A stretch of DNA of 64,000 bases, taken from contig CACHBU010000001.1 of the NCBI GenBank assembly GCA_902578135.1, positions 125,286-189,285 on the forward strand, in the 5' to 3' direction. Numbering within the stretch: the stretch's first letter is position 1; the number at the start of each line of letters is the position of its first letter. A program made the position numbers and the translations under genes. The notes beneath the pieces are model-generated. The model worked only from the letters and a program-made list of their open reading frames with translations, was not told the origin of the DNA and made no database searches. The stretch is from an uncultured Candidatus Actinomarina sp. (GTDB lineage: Bacteria; Actinomycetota; Acidimicrobiia; Actinomarinales; Actinomarinaceae). Of the stretch, positions 1 through 10,010 are shown in pieces.

Positions 1-843
1 ATGCTGTTTTCTTTAGGTTTTATTGGAATGTTTGTTATTGGTGGATTAAGTGGTGTTACACATTCAGTAGTGCCTGCTGATACACAGCAAACTGATACTT
101 ATTACATTGTTGCACATTTTCATTATGTACTTTTTGGAGGAGCATTATTTGGAATCTTTTCAGGACTTTACTACTGGTTTCCAAAAGTTTGGGGCAAAAT
201 GTATAACGAAACTCTCGGAAAAATTCATTTTTGGTTAATGTTAATTGGATTTAATCTTACCTTTGGACCTATGCACTGGCTAGGTCTTCAAGGCCAGGTC
301 AGAAGAACATGGGTTTATGCTGAAGAAACTAATCTTCAATTTTGGAATATTATTGTGACAATCGGTGCTTTTATAATTGCCGTTTCAATAATTGTATTCA
401 TGATTAATTGGATTTTTTCAAAAAGAAACGGAGAAAAAGCTCCATTTGATCCTTGGGATGCAAGAACGATAGAGTGGACTATCCCATCGCCAACACCTGT
501 ATGGAACTTTTCAAAAGCTCCAGATGTGAAATCATTAGATGATTTTTGGCATTCAAAATATGATGAAGACGAGGATGGAAGAGCCGTAAGGAAAGAGTCC
601 GCCGACCAAATGCTTATTGATCTTGAAGAAGAGGGTCTAAATCCATCAGAAAATATTGTATTGCCTAATCCTTCATATTTCCCTATTTTACTTGCTGCTG
701 GTCTGCCATTTTTAGGTTACGCAGTAATTTATAAATCCATTCCCCTTGCCTTGGTTGGCACTTTATTTCTTCTAATTGGAGGTTTTGGGTGGGGAACGGA
801 ACCACTAGAAGAAGAGGTTGAAGAAAATTTAGAGCATGAGTAG
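1..843 (+). CDS. ctaD: cytochrome c oxidase subunit I, C-terminal part (5' end outside window)
   Basis: ORF translation HFHYVLFGGALFGIF...WFPK is a canonical COX1 core with a C-terminal hydrophilic extension; the ORF runs from the window edge. Confidence 0.9.
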   Translation: MLFSLGFIGMFVIGGLSGVTHSVVPADTQQTDTYYIVAHFHYVLFGGALFGIFSGLYYWFPKVWGKMYNETLGKIHFWLMLIGFNLTFGPMHWLGLQGQVRRTWVYAEETNLQFWNIIVTIGAFIIAVSIIVFMINWIFSKRNGEKAPFDPWDARTIEWTIPSPTPVWNFSKAPDVKSLDDFWHSKYDEDEDGRAVRKESADQMLIDLEEEGLNPSENIVLPNPSYFPILLAAGLPFLGYAVIYKSIPLALVGTLFLLIGGFGWGTEPLEEEVEENLEHE

Positions 844-1420
844 TTCTCATTCGTATCCACATGAACCCACAGGAGTAGAAACCAGAAAACTTGGAATGTG
901 GGTATTTCTTTCTACCGAAATACTTTTTTTTGGAACTTTAATTACTACCTTTATGATTTTTAAAGGAAGAGACTTTCCAGGCATCAAATTAACAGACGTC
1001 TACGACATACCATTTACTTCAATTAGCTCTTTTATACTTCTCATGAGTTCTCTGACTATGGTTTTGGCTCACAATGCTCTAGAAGCAAACGATCAAGAAA
1101 AAACAAGAGTTTGGCTTTTAGCAACCGCGATGTTAGGTGCGGTATTTTTAGCAGGACAAATTTACGAATTCACAGAGTTTTACCATAAAGGTTTCGAGCT
1201 TTCTACAAATATATTCAGTTCAACTTTTTATGTTCTTACTGGTTTTCACGGACTTCATGTATTCATTGGCGTGGTCCTCCTCCTTGCTCTTTGGGGTATT
1301 GGACAAAGACAAAAAGGCCTTACTTTAGAGGGTGGTATGAATCTTGAGTTTGTAGCCCTTTACTGGCACTTTGTTGATATTGTCTGGATAGTATTGTTTA
1401 CAGTAGTATATTTGATTTAA
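836..1420 (+). CDS. ctaE: cytochrome c oxidase subunit III
   Basis: 194 aa polytopic protein; the motifs WVFLSTEILFFG and HVFIGVVLL are typical of COX3; it overlaps the ctaD stop (operon). Confidence 0.85.
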   Translation: MSSSHSYPHEPTGVETRKLGMWVFLSTEILFFGTLITTFMIFKGRDFPGIKLTDVYDIPFTSISSFILLMSSLTMVLAHNALEANDQEKTRVWLLATAMLGAVFLAGQIYEFTEFYHKGFELSTNIFSSTFYVLTGFHGLHVFIGVVLLLALWGIGQRQKGLTLEGGMNLEFVALYWHFVDIVWIVLFTVVYLI

Positions 1421-1421
1421 A

Positions 1422-1721
1422 ATGTCCGAAAATCACATAGATCATCCCACTCCAAAAAAATATGTACAAATTGCAATTATTCTTGGAATACTAACCGCAA
1501 TTGAAATAGCATTATATTATACAGAGGATATTGTTGGGGTTTTTACTGATCCTATATTAATAATTCTAGCTGTTGGAAAATTCATAATTGTTGTCGGATG
1601 GTTTATGCACCTTAGATTTGAAAATAAAATGGTCAACAGATTCTTTACTGGTGGGATGATATTGGCTTTAGTCTTATTTGCAATTGTAATGATAGAGCGT
1701 GCATCAGCTAACTTTTCTTAA
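1422..1721 (+). CDS. ctaF: cytochrome c oxidase subunit IV, Bacillus CtaF/COX4_pro-like
   Basis: 99 aa, 3 TM segments, His-rich N-terminus; FMHLRFEN resembles the FMHM region of Bacillus CtaF; position immediately after ctaE. Confidence 0.6.
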   Translation: MSENHIDHPTPKKYVQIAIILGILTAIEIALYYTEDIVGVFTDPILIILAVGKFIIVVGWFMHLRFENKMVNRFFTGGMILALVLFAIVMIERASANFS

Positions 1722-1727
1722 AATATT

Positions 1728-2507
1728 ATGGAAAATTTACCATTTCATCCACATTATGATGTTTGGGCATTGATAGTTTCATTAGTTATATTTTTTGAAC
1801 TATCAACTGAAGACAAAACAATAAAAAAAGATAAAAGAAAGTTGTGGTATTCAGGTTTACTAATTCTTTGGGCTTTCACAGATTACCCTATTCACGACAT
1901 TGGTGAAAGATATTTGTTTTCTGTTCATTCAGCTGAACACTTAGTCTTAGCTCTTGTATCTCCACCTTTATTGCTTATGGGTATGCATAAAGAAATGAAA
2001 AAATTAGTGTCTGTTAAACCACTTGTATCAGTACTTAAAATAACTGCAAAACCTGTCGTTGCATTTTTCTTGTTCAATTTTGTAATGGTTGGAATGCATT
2101 GGTCTACAGTTGTAAATCTGATGGTAACAAATACGTTATTCCATTTTTTAATACACTCTGTGATGCTTCTGGTCTCGCTGAACATGTGGATTCCTGTTAT
2201 CGGTTTTAATGATGAAATTAAACCAATGAATTCAGCTGCAAAAATAGGATACTTGTTTCTTCAATCACTGCTTCCAACAATCCCCGCAAGTTTTCTTGCT
2301 TTTGGTACAGAGCCACTTTACAGTGCTTATGTAAATGTCGAAAATATTTACAACATATCTGTCATTAACGATCAAACACTTGCAGGATTAATACTCAAAC
2401 TTGGAGGAGGCACAATACTCTGGATTTCTATTTTAGTTATATGGATGAAATGGTATCAAAATGAAAAAACGTTTGATGATGTCGTAAGAAATAGTTCAAC
2501 TGATTAG
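1728..2507 (+). CDS. caa3-type oxidase assembly factor CtaG-like membrane protein
   Basis: 259 aa polytopic protein following ctaDEF; the FSVHSAEHLVLALVSPPLLLMG segment resembles the Caa3_CtaG family; assignment from synteny plus motif. Confidence 0.5.
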   Translation: MENLPFHPHYDVWALIVSLVIFFELSTEDKTIKKDKRKLWYSGLLILWAFTDYPIHDIGERYLFSVHSAEHLVLALVSPPLLLMGMHKEMKKLVSVKPLVSVLKITAKPVVAFFLFNFVMVGMHWSTVVNLMVTNTLFHFLIHSVMLLVSLNMWIPVIGFNDEIKPMNSAAKIGYLFLQSLLPTIPASFLAFGTEPLYSAYVNVENIYNISVINDQTLAGLILKLGGGTILWISILVIWMKWYQNEKTFDDVVRNSSTD

Positions 2508-2524
2508 AATTATATAGATTTATT

Positions 2525-3640
2525 ATGGATGGACAAAAATTAGAACAGCTTAGTAGCTCCAGTGGTATACCACTAGATCTTTTATCTAGATCTATTCAAG
2601 CTAGGGCAGAAGCAACTGGCGTCTCTTCAGATGATATATTAAATAACTGGAGTGGTGGTGATTCAATACCGACGCCTATTTCAGAAGTAACTACCGTTGA
2701 AAAAACAGAGGTAGCTGTTGAAAAACAAGTTATCGAAAATGAAACAGAAGAGATTGTTGAAGAAACACCACTTGAAATACCAGCTAAAGAAATCAGTGCT
2801 ATAGCAACTGTTATAGTTGACGATGCACCTCCACCCGTTTCTATAAGTCAAAAAATTTTAAAGTCTATAAAGTATGGACTCAGTTTTGGAGTTTTAGCAG
2901 GGTTCATTCAAGGACTGCTTGCAAGTTCTTTTCTTTATGATGGTTTAATTTTAGAAGCTGAAACCCAAAAACTAACTGCAGAATATAGCACTGTTTCTTT
3001 TGTACTTATTGTTTCATTAACAACTGCATTTATTGGAGCATTAAATTCCTTAAATATCAAAAAATTTCTAGAAACTAATTATGAAGGTTTTGGGGTGCTT
3101 ACAAATGATAGGGAATCTATATACACCGGTGTCGGACTAGGTCTTGTCTTTGGATCCTCATCAGCTTTTTATATTGTAAATAGTGTCGGTCAAACAATCT
3201 TAGGAATTTTACCCGAAGATCCTGTCACAAACCTTATTAGTGTTGGAGGAGCATTTTGGAGAATAGTGATTTTGTCAACATTCATACAAGCGGCAATTTC
3301 TGTACTTTCAATGATTTTAGGAGTCCCTAAAGGACTAGAAAGTGATGAAAATACCGAAGCTAATAAAATTAGAAATAGAATTGTTGGTTCTATTGTTATT
3401 CCATTGGGGGCTATTGTTGTAGGTGGAGTCATATCCGTTGCGATTGCTCAAGTTTTCCTTAACTATCATGATTACGCACCTTTGTTTGCCTTAATAATTT
3501 CAGCAGCAATACTTTTATTTGCGAGTGTGATGAGCTCAGCGCCTAAAATAAAAATTACCAGAAATGAAGTTTTAATTGCATCCGCAGGTGTGATAACTTT
3601 AATAGTTATCATAGCAAGTGTTGCAGCAAGCCAAAATTAA
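2525..3640 (+). CDS. hypothetical membrane protein (acidic N-terminal domain + ~6 TM)
   Basis: 371 aa; N-terminal 110 aa is Glu/Thr/Val-rich and soluble, the rest is hydrophobic helices; no family recognised. Confidence 0.5.
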   Translation: MDGQKLEQLSSSSGIPLDLLSRSIQARAEATGVSSDDILNNWSGGDSIPTPISEVTTVEKTEVAVEKQVIENETEEIVEETPLEIPAKEISAIATVIVDDAPPPVSISQKILKSIKYGLSFGVLAGFIQGLLASSFLYDGLILEAETQKLTAEYSTVSFVLIVSLTTAFIGALNSLNIKKFLETNYEGFGVLTNDRESIYTGVGLGLVFGSSSAFYIVNSVGQTILGILPEDPVTNLISVGGAFWRIVILSTFIQAAISVLSMILGVPKGLESDENTEANKIRNRIVGSIVIPLGAIVVGGVISVAIAQVFLNYHDYAPLFALIISAAILLFASVMSSAPKIKITRNEVLIASAGVITLIVIIASVAASQN

Positions 3641-3756
3641 TAGAAAAGCCAATCTTTTAATCGAGTAAAATTAAATATTTAACTATAGGTACCTTAAGGA
3701 ATGTACTTTCCATAAAAGACTCTACAGAAATTACGCATTTTTAATAGAATATACAA

Positions 3757-4605
3757 ATGACATACTTTAAAAATAAAACAATAATTATGAGCGGAGGCTC
3801 TCGTGGAGTTGGTCTTGAGATTGCAAAAGCGCTTGGCAAAGACGGAGCAAATGTTGCAATTCTAGCGAAAACTACAGAACCACATCCAACACTACCAGGA
3901 ACAATCTTTACAGCTGCAGATGAAATTAAGCAAGTTGGAGGCAATCCACTTCCAATAGTTTGTGATATTAGATTTGAAGATCAAGTAGAGGCAGCTGTTG
4001 AGGAAACAGCAAGTAAATTTGGTGGTATAGATATATGTATCAATAACGCAAGTGCCATACATTTAACTGATACTGTTAATACGCCTATGAAAAGATATGA
4101 CTTGATGCATAACATTAATGTGCGTGGTACTTTTATGCTTAGCCAAAAATGTATACCTCATCTTATTAAAGGAGATAACTCACACATTTTGACGCTTTCA
4201 CCGCCTTTAGATATAGCGAGAAAGTGGTTTGGTATGACTCTTGCTTATACAACTGCAAAGTATGGAATGTCACTTGTTGCACATGGTCTGGCTGAAGAAC
4301 TTGGAAAGCACAATGTTGCATCTAATTGTCTGTGGCCAAGAACTTCACTTGATACCGCAGCTGTAAGAAATGTAATTGGAGAAGAGCTAGTAAAAGGTTC
4401 CAGAAAGCCATCAATATATGCTGATGCCGCATATGCAGTATTAAAAAGAGACTCTTCGTCATGTACCGGTAATTTCTTTTTAGACCAAGATGTACTTGAG
4501 GAAGAAGGCGTTACAGATTTTGATCAGTACGCAATAGACCCAGAGGCAAAGCTAGTATCAGACTTTTTTGTCGATGACAATCCTGATGATTGGATTCAGG
4601 CTTAG
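3757..4605 (+). CDS. short-chain dehydrogenase/reductase, HSDL2-like
   Basis: TIIMSGGSRGVGLEIAKALGKDGANVAILAKT, NNASAI, YTTAKYGMS (Y-x3-K) and a C-terminal FDQYAIDP region; strong resemblance to the hydroxysteroid dehydrogenase-like 2 SDR domain. Confidence 0.8.
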   Translation: MTYFKNKTIIMSGGSRGVGLEIAKALGKDGANVAILAKTTEPHPTLPGTIFTAADEIKQVGGNPLPIVCDIRFEDQVEAAVEETASKFGGIDICINNASAIHLTDTVNTPMKRYDLMHNINVRGTFMLSQKCIPHLIKGDNSHILTLSPPLDIARKWFGMTLAYTTAKYGMSLVAHGLAEELGKHNVASNCLWPRTSLDTAAVRNVIGEELVKGSRKPSIYADAAYAVLKRDSSSCTGNFFLDQDVLEEEGVTDFDQYAIDPEAKLVSDFFVDDNPDDWIQA

Positions 4606-4883
4606 TTACCTAAAAAGTCTATTACGCTTTCCCAGCCTTTTGATTTACCTCTGTAAAACTCTGTATAGTTGCATTCAGAACATGAAATTGCAGTAAATTT
4701 TCTATTCTGGATATTCATAAATCTTGACCAGCTCTTTCCAGTCATAGTAACTACGTCTTCAGAAAAATTAGAAATATCACAATTGTCTTCATTGCAAAAC
4801 ATAGGTTTTTTAAAAGAAGGTATATTTCCTATGGGTTTATTGTCTTTGGATTCATTTTGTTTAGGGTATCTATCTTCATTCAT
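4602..4883 (-). CDS. small Zn-ribbon protein (DUF2082/Zn_ribbon_13-like)
   Basis: 93 aa with two Cys pairs (CNEDNC ... CSECNYTEFYRG); the CxxC-NYTEFY pattern matches predicted nucleic-acid-binding Zn-ribbon proteins. Confidence 0.45.
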   Translation of the reverse strand: MNEDRYPKQNESKDNKPIGNIPSFKKPMFCNEDNCDISNFSEDVVTMTGKSWSRFMNIQNRKFTAISCSECNYTEFYRGKSKGWESVIDFLGN

Positions 4884-4946
4884 ATTCTTATATTAACTTA
4901 TTTTTAATTGGTTGGAATCTGAAATAATGCGAAGGTAAAATTTAGT

Positions 4947-6914
4947 ATGGGCAAGTTGTACAAAATAGTTTTACTTTCATCTTTTTTGTTACTATTTGCC
5001 TGCAGCTCTGAAGAAGCTACAGATCTTAATCCACAAATTGTAAGAGTAGTCGATGATGAGTTTTCACCTAAAGTAATAAGAATTGAGCCTGGTACTACAG
5101 TAATTTGGGAATCTGGTGGAGCAAATGATCATAATGTAATTGCAAGTGACGGTTCGTGGCAAGCCATATCGTCAGACTATTTTGAATATGGAATTATTAC
5201 AAAAGGCGATCAGTATGAACACACATTTAATGAACCAGGAGTTTACGATTATTACTGTCCATATCATGGAACTAATAACAAAGGTATGGTCGGGACAGTT
5301 ATTGTAGGAAATGTTGAATATGCAGTTGAGCCTGAAAAAGTAATCGTCAGTTTAAGTGAAAATGTTTTGAGTGTTGGTCAAGGTGAAAAATTTACAAAAA
5401 TTCAAGACGCTGTTGATGTTGCACAAGAAGGAGATTTGATTCTAATTTACCCAGGAGTTTATAACGAAAGTATAACTGTGACTACTTCATATTTAACACT
5501 GAGGGGCACTGATAGAAACAAAGTGATAATAGATGGTCAGTTTATGAGTGAAAACGGAATACAGATTTACGAAACAGACGGAGTAACAGTTGAGAATTTA
5601 TCTGTAAGAAACTTTACATTAAATGGGGTATATTGGAATACAGCAAAAGGGTTTAAAGGTTCTTATTTAACTGTTTACAACAATGGAGATTACGGTGTTT
5701 ATGCATTTAACTCAACTGATGGAGTATTTGATAATGTATATGCATCTGGACACCCAGATAGTGGAATTTACATTGGACAGTGTTATCCGTGTAATTCTTT
5801 AATCTACGATAATGTAGTTGAGGGCAATGCATTAGGGTATTCGGGAACTAATGCAGGAGGTCACCTGTATTTATATAACAATATATGGCGCGATAATATG
5901 TCAGGTATTGTTCCAAATACTCTTGACTCTGAGCTCAATCCTCCTGGCAGGGAAACAACAATTGTAGGAAATCTTGTGATTAATAATAATAACTACGAAG
6001 CACCTACAAACCGATTTGGCGTTGTAGCTAAAGGTATGGGAATTGTTGTTCCGGGAAGGGTTGGAGATGTAATTGAAAAAAATTTAGTAATTAATCATGA
6101 TCGTTATGGAATTGTCGCAAGCCCGATGCTTGATGCAAATTTATACTTTTCGCAACATGTAAGTGTTGTTGATAATGTTGTTTTAGATTCTGGTTATACG
6201 GATTTGGCCTTAGCGGGTCCTTGGGGTCCTGGAAACTGTTTTGAAAATAATGTTTACCAAACAAGCACACCTCCATTACTTGAGCAAGTACATAACTGTA
6301 GTTCTATAAATTCAACTAATATACTTGCTAGGTTTCCACTACAAGGTGACCCTTCGGGGCTTATGATGCTTGCTGGATTTTTTGCTGATGCACAAACTAC
6401 TGATTTAGACAAAAATAGATACAAAGAATACCCTTGGCCTAAAGAACAAGCAAATATGGAGTTTTCTGATATTAATAAGCCGTCTCCAGCAATAAATTTA
6501 TTTTATGTACCAAACCTAGAAGAGATAAATGTACCTACAAACTTACTTAATGAGGATTTAGAAAATTACTACAATGCTGAAAAGGAGATAATTATGAGCG
6601 GAGTTCCAATTTCAAGCCCAACATTATGGCAGCTGTTATTTCAACTATACGGATACTTAATGCCGTTTGTGTTGTACGCTGCTTGGGCTGCTTTAGCAAT
6701 AAAAGATATTGACTCTAACGACAAAGTAAATGGAAGTATGAAATATGTGTGGTTGGGGGTGGTTTATCTGGTACCGTTTTTTGGTGTTCTTGTTTACCAT
6801 CTTGCTGGACCAAGTGCTATATCACGCAGCATGAAGCTAGCAGCTATAGTTGGTGGTCTATTTAGTTATATTGCAATACTTGTTGCTGGCGCAGTAATTA
6901 GTGGTTTAGTTTAA
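4947..6914 (+). CDS. lipoprotein: N-terminal cupredoxin (type-1 Cu) domain + right-handed parallel beta-helix (NosD/pectin-lyase-like) + C-terminal PLDc_N-type membrane anchor
   Basis: Lipobox LLFAC; His in NDHN plus YYCPYHGTNNKGM gives His/Cys/His/Met blue-copper ligands; Asn/Gly-rich beta-helix repeats (NNNNYEAP, GNALGYSGTNAGG); C-terminus AAWAALAIKDID...KYVWLGVVYLVPFFGVLVYHLAG matches the PLDc_N small membrane domain. Confidence 0.6.
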   Translation: MGKLYKIVLLSSFLLLFACSSEEATDLNPQIVRVVDDEFSPKVIRIEPGTTVIWESGGANDHNVIASDGSWQAISSDYFEYGIITKGDQYEHTFNEPGVYDYYCPYHGTNNKGMVGTVIVGNVEYAVEPEKVIVSLSENVLSVGQGEKFTKIQDAVDVAQEGDLILIYPGVYNESITVTTSYLTLRGTDRNKVIIDGQFMSENGIQIYETDGVTVENLSVRNFTLNGVYWNTAKGFKGSYLTVYNNGDYGVYAFNSTDGVFDNVYASGHPDSGIYIGQCYPCNSLIYDNVVEGNALGYSGTNAGGHLYLYNNIWRDNMSGIVPNTLDSELNPPGRETTIVGNLVINNNNYEAPTNRFGVVAKGMGIVVPGRVGDVIEKNLVINHDRYGIVASPMLDANLYFSQHVSVVDNVVLDSGYTDLALAGPWGPGNCFENNVYQTSTPPLLEQVHNCSSINSTNILARFPLQGDPSGLMMLAGFFADAQTTDLDKNRYKEYPWPKEQANMEFSDINKPSPAINLFYVPNLEEINVPTNLLNEDLENYYNAEKEIIMSGVPISSPTLWQLLFQLYGYLMPFVLYAAWAALAIKDIDSNDKVNGSMKYVWLGVVYLVPFFGVLVYHLAGPSAISRSMKLAAIVGGLFSYIAILVAGAVISGLV

Positions 6915-6935
6915 AGTAAAGCTTAAATTTAATTT

Positions 6936-7787
6936 ATGTCTTTCGAAAAGATACTCTGCTTTGGATCATTAAACCCTGATTTAATTTACTTTGTTGATAA
7001 AATACCAAAAAAAGGTGACGATATCAGAAGTTCAGATTCGCTTATCAGAGCGGGTGGTACAGCAATTAATTGTGCTGAAAAAATTGTTCTTTGGAACAAA
7101 TCTGTTCATGTAAGAGGAAATAGCATTGGTAATGATCCTTTAGGAGAATATTTAGTAAACTATCTCAAGTCAAAAAACATTAATCATGATGATTTAATAA
7201 TCGATAAAGGCATCACACCTACTTGCTCAATCTTTGTAGACAAAACTGGAGAGAGAACTATTGTTTCTTCAGGGTACCAAAAGTCAAGTTGGAACAACTT
7301 TGATAATATAGATTCATATGACTCACTAATGTTGGATCGATATTCAATTGAATTTGTAAAAGAAGACCTTATTAAAATTCAAAAAAATAAAAATTTGTTT
7401 GTTAGCCAAGCGGGATATGAACACAAGATTGATTACAAATTAGATTTTTTAACCGTAAGTAAGGATGAAATTACCGTGAATGAAGCAAATGATTTAGTGG
7501 AATCAAAAACTGTAAGATATATTTTATTAACATCGTCAAATCTACCAGCAAGATTAATTAGTCTTGAAGGAGCAATAGAGATTGTTCCTCCTGATTTTAA
7601 AACAATAAATGCAAATGGGGCTGGTGATACAACAGCTGCTTATATTGCTGCGTTTGGTGTTGAAGATTTGATTCCCAACATCAAAAAAGCTTGCGCAGCT
7701 GGTGCAATTGTGGCTGGAACTAATGATGAACCTAGAATTGAAAAAATAGAAGAAATTTCTGAGCTTGTTGAGGTAAACCCACGATAG
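6936..7787 (+). CDS. PfkB-family carbohydrate/ribokinase-like kinase
   Basis: GGTAINCA near the N-terminus and NANGAGDTTAAYIAAF (GAGD anion-hole motif) near the C-terminus. Confidence 0.75.
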   Translation: MSFEKILCFGSLNPDLIYFVDKIPKKGDDIRSSDSLIRAGGTAINCAEKIVLWNKSVHVRGNSIGNDPLGEYLVNYLKSKNINHDDLIIDKGITPTCSIFVDKTGERTIVSSGYQKSSWNNFDNIDSYDSLMLDRYSIEFVKEDLIKIQKNKNLFVSQAGYEHKIDYKLDFLTVSKDEITVNEANDLVESKTVRYILLTSSNLPARLISLEGAIEIVPPDFKTINANGAGDTTAAYIAAFGVEDLIPNIKKACAAGAIVAGTNDEPRIEKIEEISELVEVNPR

Positions 7788-7829
7788 CGATTTATACTTT
7801 TTCAAAAAAATCTACTAATATAAATTACT

Positions 7830-9617
7830 ATGGCAGTTCCCTATAAAGCACCCGTCAAAGACATTGTTTTTGGCTACGAAGTTATTGATTCTTATAATGT
7901 ATTAAACAAAATATCTGAGTTTAGTGATTTTTCTGAAGATATTGTAATTCCAACTATGGAAGAATGTGCAAAATTTTCTGAAGAAGTACTGGCTCCCATT
8001 AATGCTATAGGTGACCAACAAGGTGCGACCATTGAAAATGGCAATGTAACAATGCCCGAGGAATTCGTTGATGCATATAAAAAATTTGCTGAAGCTGGAT
8101 GGGCATCTATATCACTACCTGAAGAAATAGGTGGAGGAGGGATGCCAATAACTCTTTCCGGTGGTACGTTAGAGATTTTAAGTACTGCTAATTTATCATT
8201 TGGATTGGCTCCCGGATTAAGTGCCGGGGCAATATCTGCAATCAACTTTCATGGAAATCAAGAACAGAAAGATAAATTTCTTCCAAAGCTTGTTTCTGGA
8301 GAATGGACAGGAACGATGAACTTAAGTGAACCTCAATCAGGTTCTGATTTGGGAACTATAACAACAAAAGCAGAAAAACAAGATGATGGTACATATAAGG
8401 TTACTGGTACGAAAGTTTGGATTACTTTTGGTGAACATAATATGACTGAAAATATAATCCACTTAGTTCTTGCAAAAGTACCTGGTTCTCCGGAAGGAAC
8501 TAAAGGCATTTCTATGTTTATTGTTCCAAAAGTTATGGTTAACGACGATGGTTCGTTGGGTGACAATAATAATGTGTCTTGTATATCCATAGAAGAAAAA
8601 CTTGGTATACATGCTAGTCCTACATGTGTAATGGAATACGATGGTTCAGTAGGCTATTTAGTTGGTGAAGAAAATAGAGGGCTAAACTACATGTTTACCA
8701 TGATGAATGAGGCAAGAGTTTGGGTAGGCGGTCAAGGTTTGGCTTGTGCATCTGGTGCACTACAAGGAGCATCTCAATATGCTCGAGACAGAGTTCAGGG
8801 AAGACCAGTCGGAATGTCTAAAGAGGACGCCAAAAAATCAACAATTATTGATCATGCGGATGTAAGAAGAATGCTTATAACAATAAAATCTTATGTAGAT
8901 GCTATGAGATACCTAATGTATGATAACCAATTAATGCTTGACTTAGAGTACTTCGCAGAAGGAGAACTTAAAGAGTTTGGTGAAGAGAGATGCGGTATTC
9001 TTACACCTATAACTAAAGCCTGGATATCAGATTTAGGTGTTGAATTATCTTCTATTGCTATTCAAGTATATGGAGGAATGGGCTATGTAGAAGAAACTGG
9101 TGTGGCTCAATACTTAAGAGATTCTCGTATTGCTCCCATTTATGAAGGAACCAATGGTATTCAAGCATTAGACCTTATGTTTAGAAAGCTTCCCCTTGAC
9201 AATGGGCAGGCAATGCAAAGGTTGCTAGCTGATGTAAATAAAGTTATCGATGAAATGAATGAAGGTGGAGAAGTGTTATCAGACCTGGCACAAAAATTAA
9301 AAGTTGAGGTTGATAGACTTTCAGAAGTCACTTTATGGTTAGGTTCAAAAATGCTTGAAGGTGAACTTGTAGATGCAAGTGCCGGTGCAACCCCGTATTT
9401 GAAGATGTTTGGACAAGTTCTTGGAGGCTATTACATGGGCAAAGCAGCAATTTTAGCTACTAAGAAACTTGAAGAAACAGGTGATGAATTTTACAACGAT
9501 AAAATCACATTATCAAAGTTTTATATTGAACAACTTCTGCCTTTAGCATCTGGTTATGCTGCTTCCGTCACTGCTGGCAAAGATGATTTGTTCAATATAA
9601 AAGCTGAAAGCTTTTAA
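7830..9617 (+). CDS. acyl-CoA dehydrogenase (long, ~600 aa form)
   Basis: 595 aa; ACAD N/M/C-domain pattern (GGGGMPITLSGG, YGGMGYVEETGVAQYLRDSRIAPIYEGTNGIQ) plus a C-terminal extension. Confidence 0.8.
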   Translation: MAVPYKAPVKDIVFGYEVIDSYNVLNKISEFSDFSEDIVIPTMEECAKFSEEVLAPINAIGDQQGATIENGNVTMPEEFVDAYKKFAEAGWASISLPEEIGGGGMPITLSGGTLEILSTANLSFGLAPGLSAGAISAINFHGNQEQKDKFLPKLVSGEWTGTMNLSEPQSGSDLGTITTKAEKQDDGTYKVTGTKVWITFGEHNMTENIIHLVLAKVPGSPEGTKGISMFIVPKVMVNDDGSLGDNNNVSCISIEEKLGIHASPTCVMEYDGSVGYLVGEENRGLNYMFTMMNEARVWVGGQGLACASGALQGASQYARDRVQGRPVGMSKEDAKKSTIIDHADVRRMLITIKSYVDAMRYLMYDNQLMLDLEYFAEGELKEFGEERCGILTPITKAWISDLGVELSSIAIQVYGGMGYVEETGVAQYLRDSRIAPIYEGTNGIQALDLMFRKLPLDNGQAMQRLLADVNKVIDEMNEGGEVLSDLAQKLKVEVDRLSEVTLWLGSKMLEGELVDASAGATPYLKMFGQVLGGYYMGKAAILATKKLEETGDEFYNDKITLSKFYIEQLLPLASGYAASVTAGKDDLFNIKAESF

Positions 9618-10010
9618 TTGCTTGATACTTTAAAAAATAAAAACAATCTCATAGCTTTAGTTGGTGCAAGCAATGATCCAAAAAAATATGGCAATAAAAT
9701 TTTACTAGATCTTATTTCGAAAGGATATAACGTCGCTCCAATTAATAACAAGGAGGAAATGATATCTGGCATTAAATCATATAAAAATGTTATGGATCTT
9801 GAATTATCTCCTTCAATAATTAACTTTGTAGTACCTCCAAATGTTGGGTTTGAAATTACAAAAGAATTAGTAAGTAATAAGTATGACAATTTTTGGTATC
9901 AACCGGGTGCTGAAAGTCAAAAAATTTCCACTTATCTAAATGAAAACAATAAAAATTTTATCGATGACAAATGCATTATGGTCGTTACAAGATTGTCAGA
10001 ACACTACTAA
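9618..10010 (+). CDS. CoA-binding domain protein (YccU-like)
   Basis: NLIALVGASNDPKKYGNKILLDLISKGYNVAPIN is a typical CoA_binding_2 N-terminus; TTG start abutting the ACAD stop. Confidence 0.7.
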   Translation: MLDTLKNKNNLIALVGASNDPKKYGNKILLDLISKGYNVAPINNKEEMISGIKSYKNVMDLELSPSIINFVVPPNVGFEITKELVSNKYDNFWYQPGAESQKISTYLNENNKNFIDDKCIMVVTRLSEHY

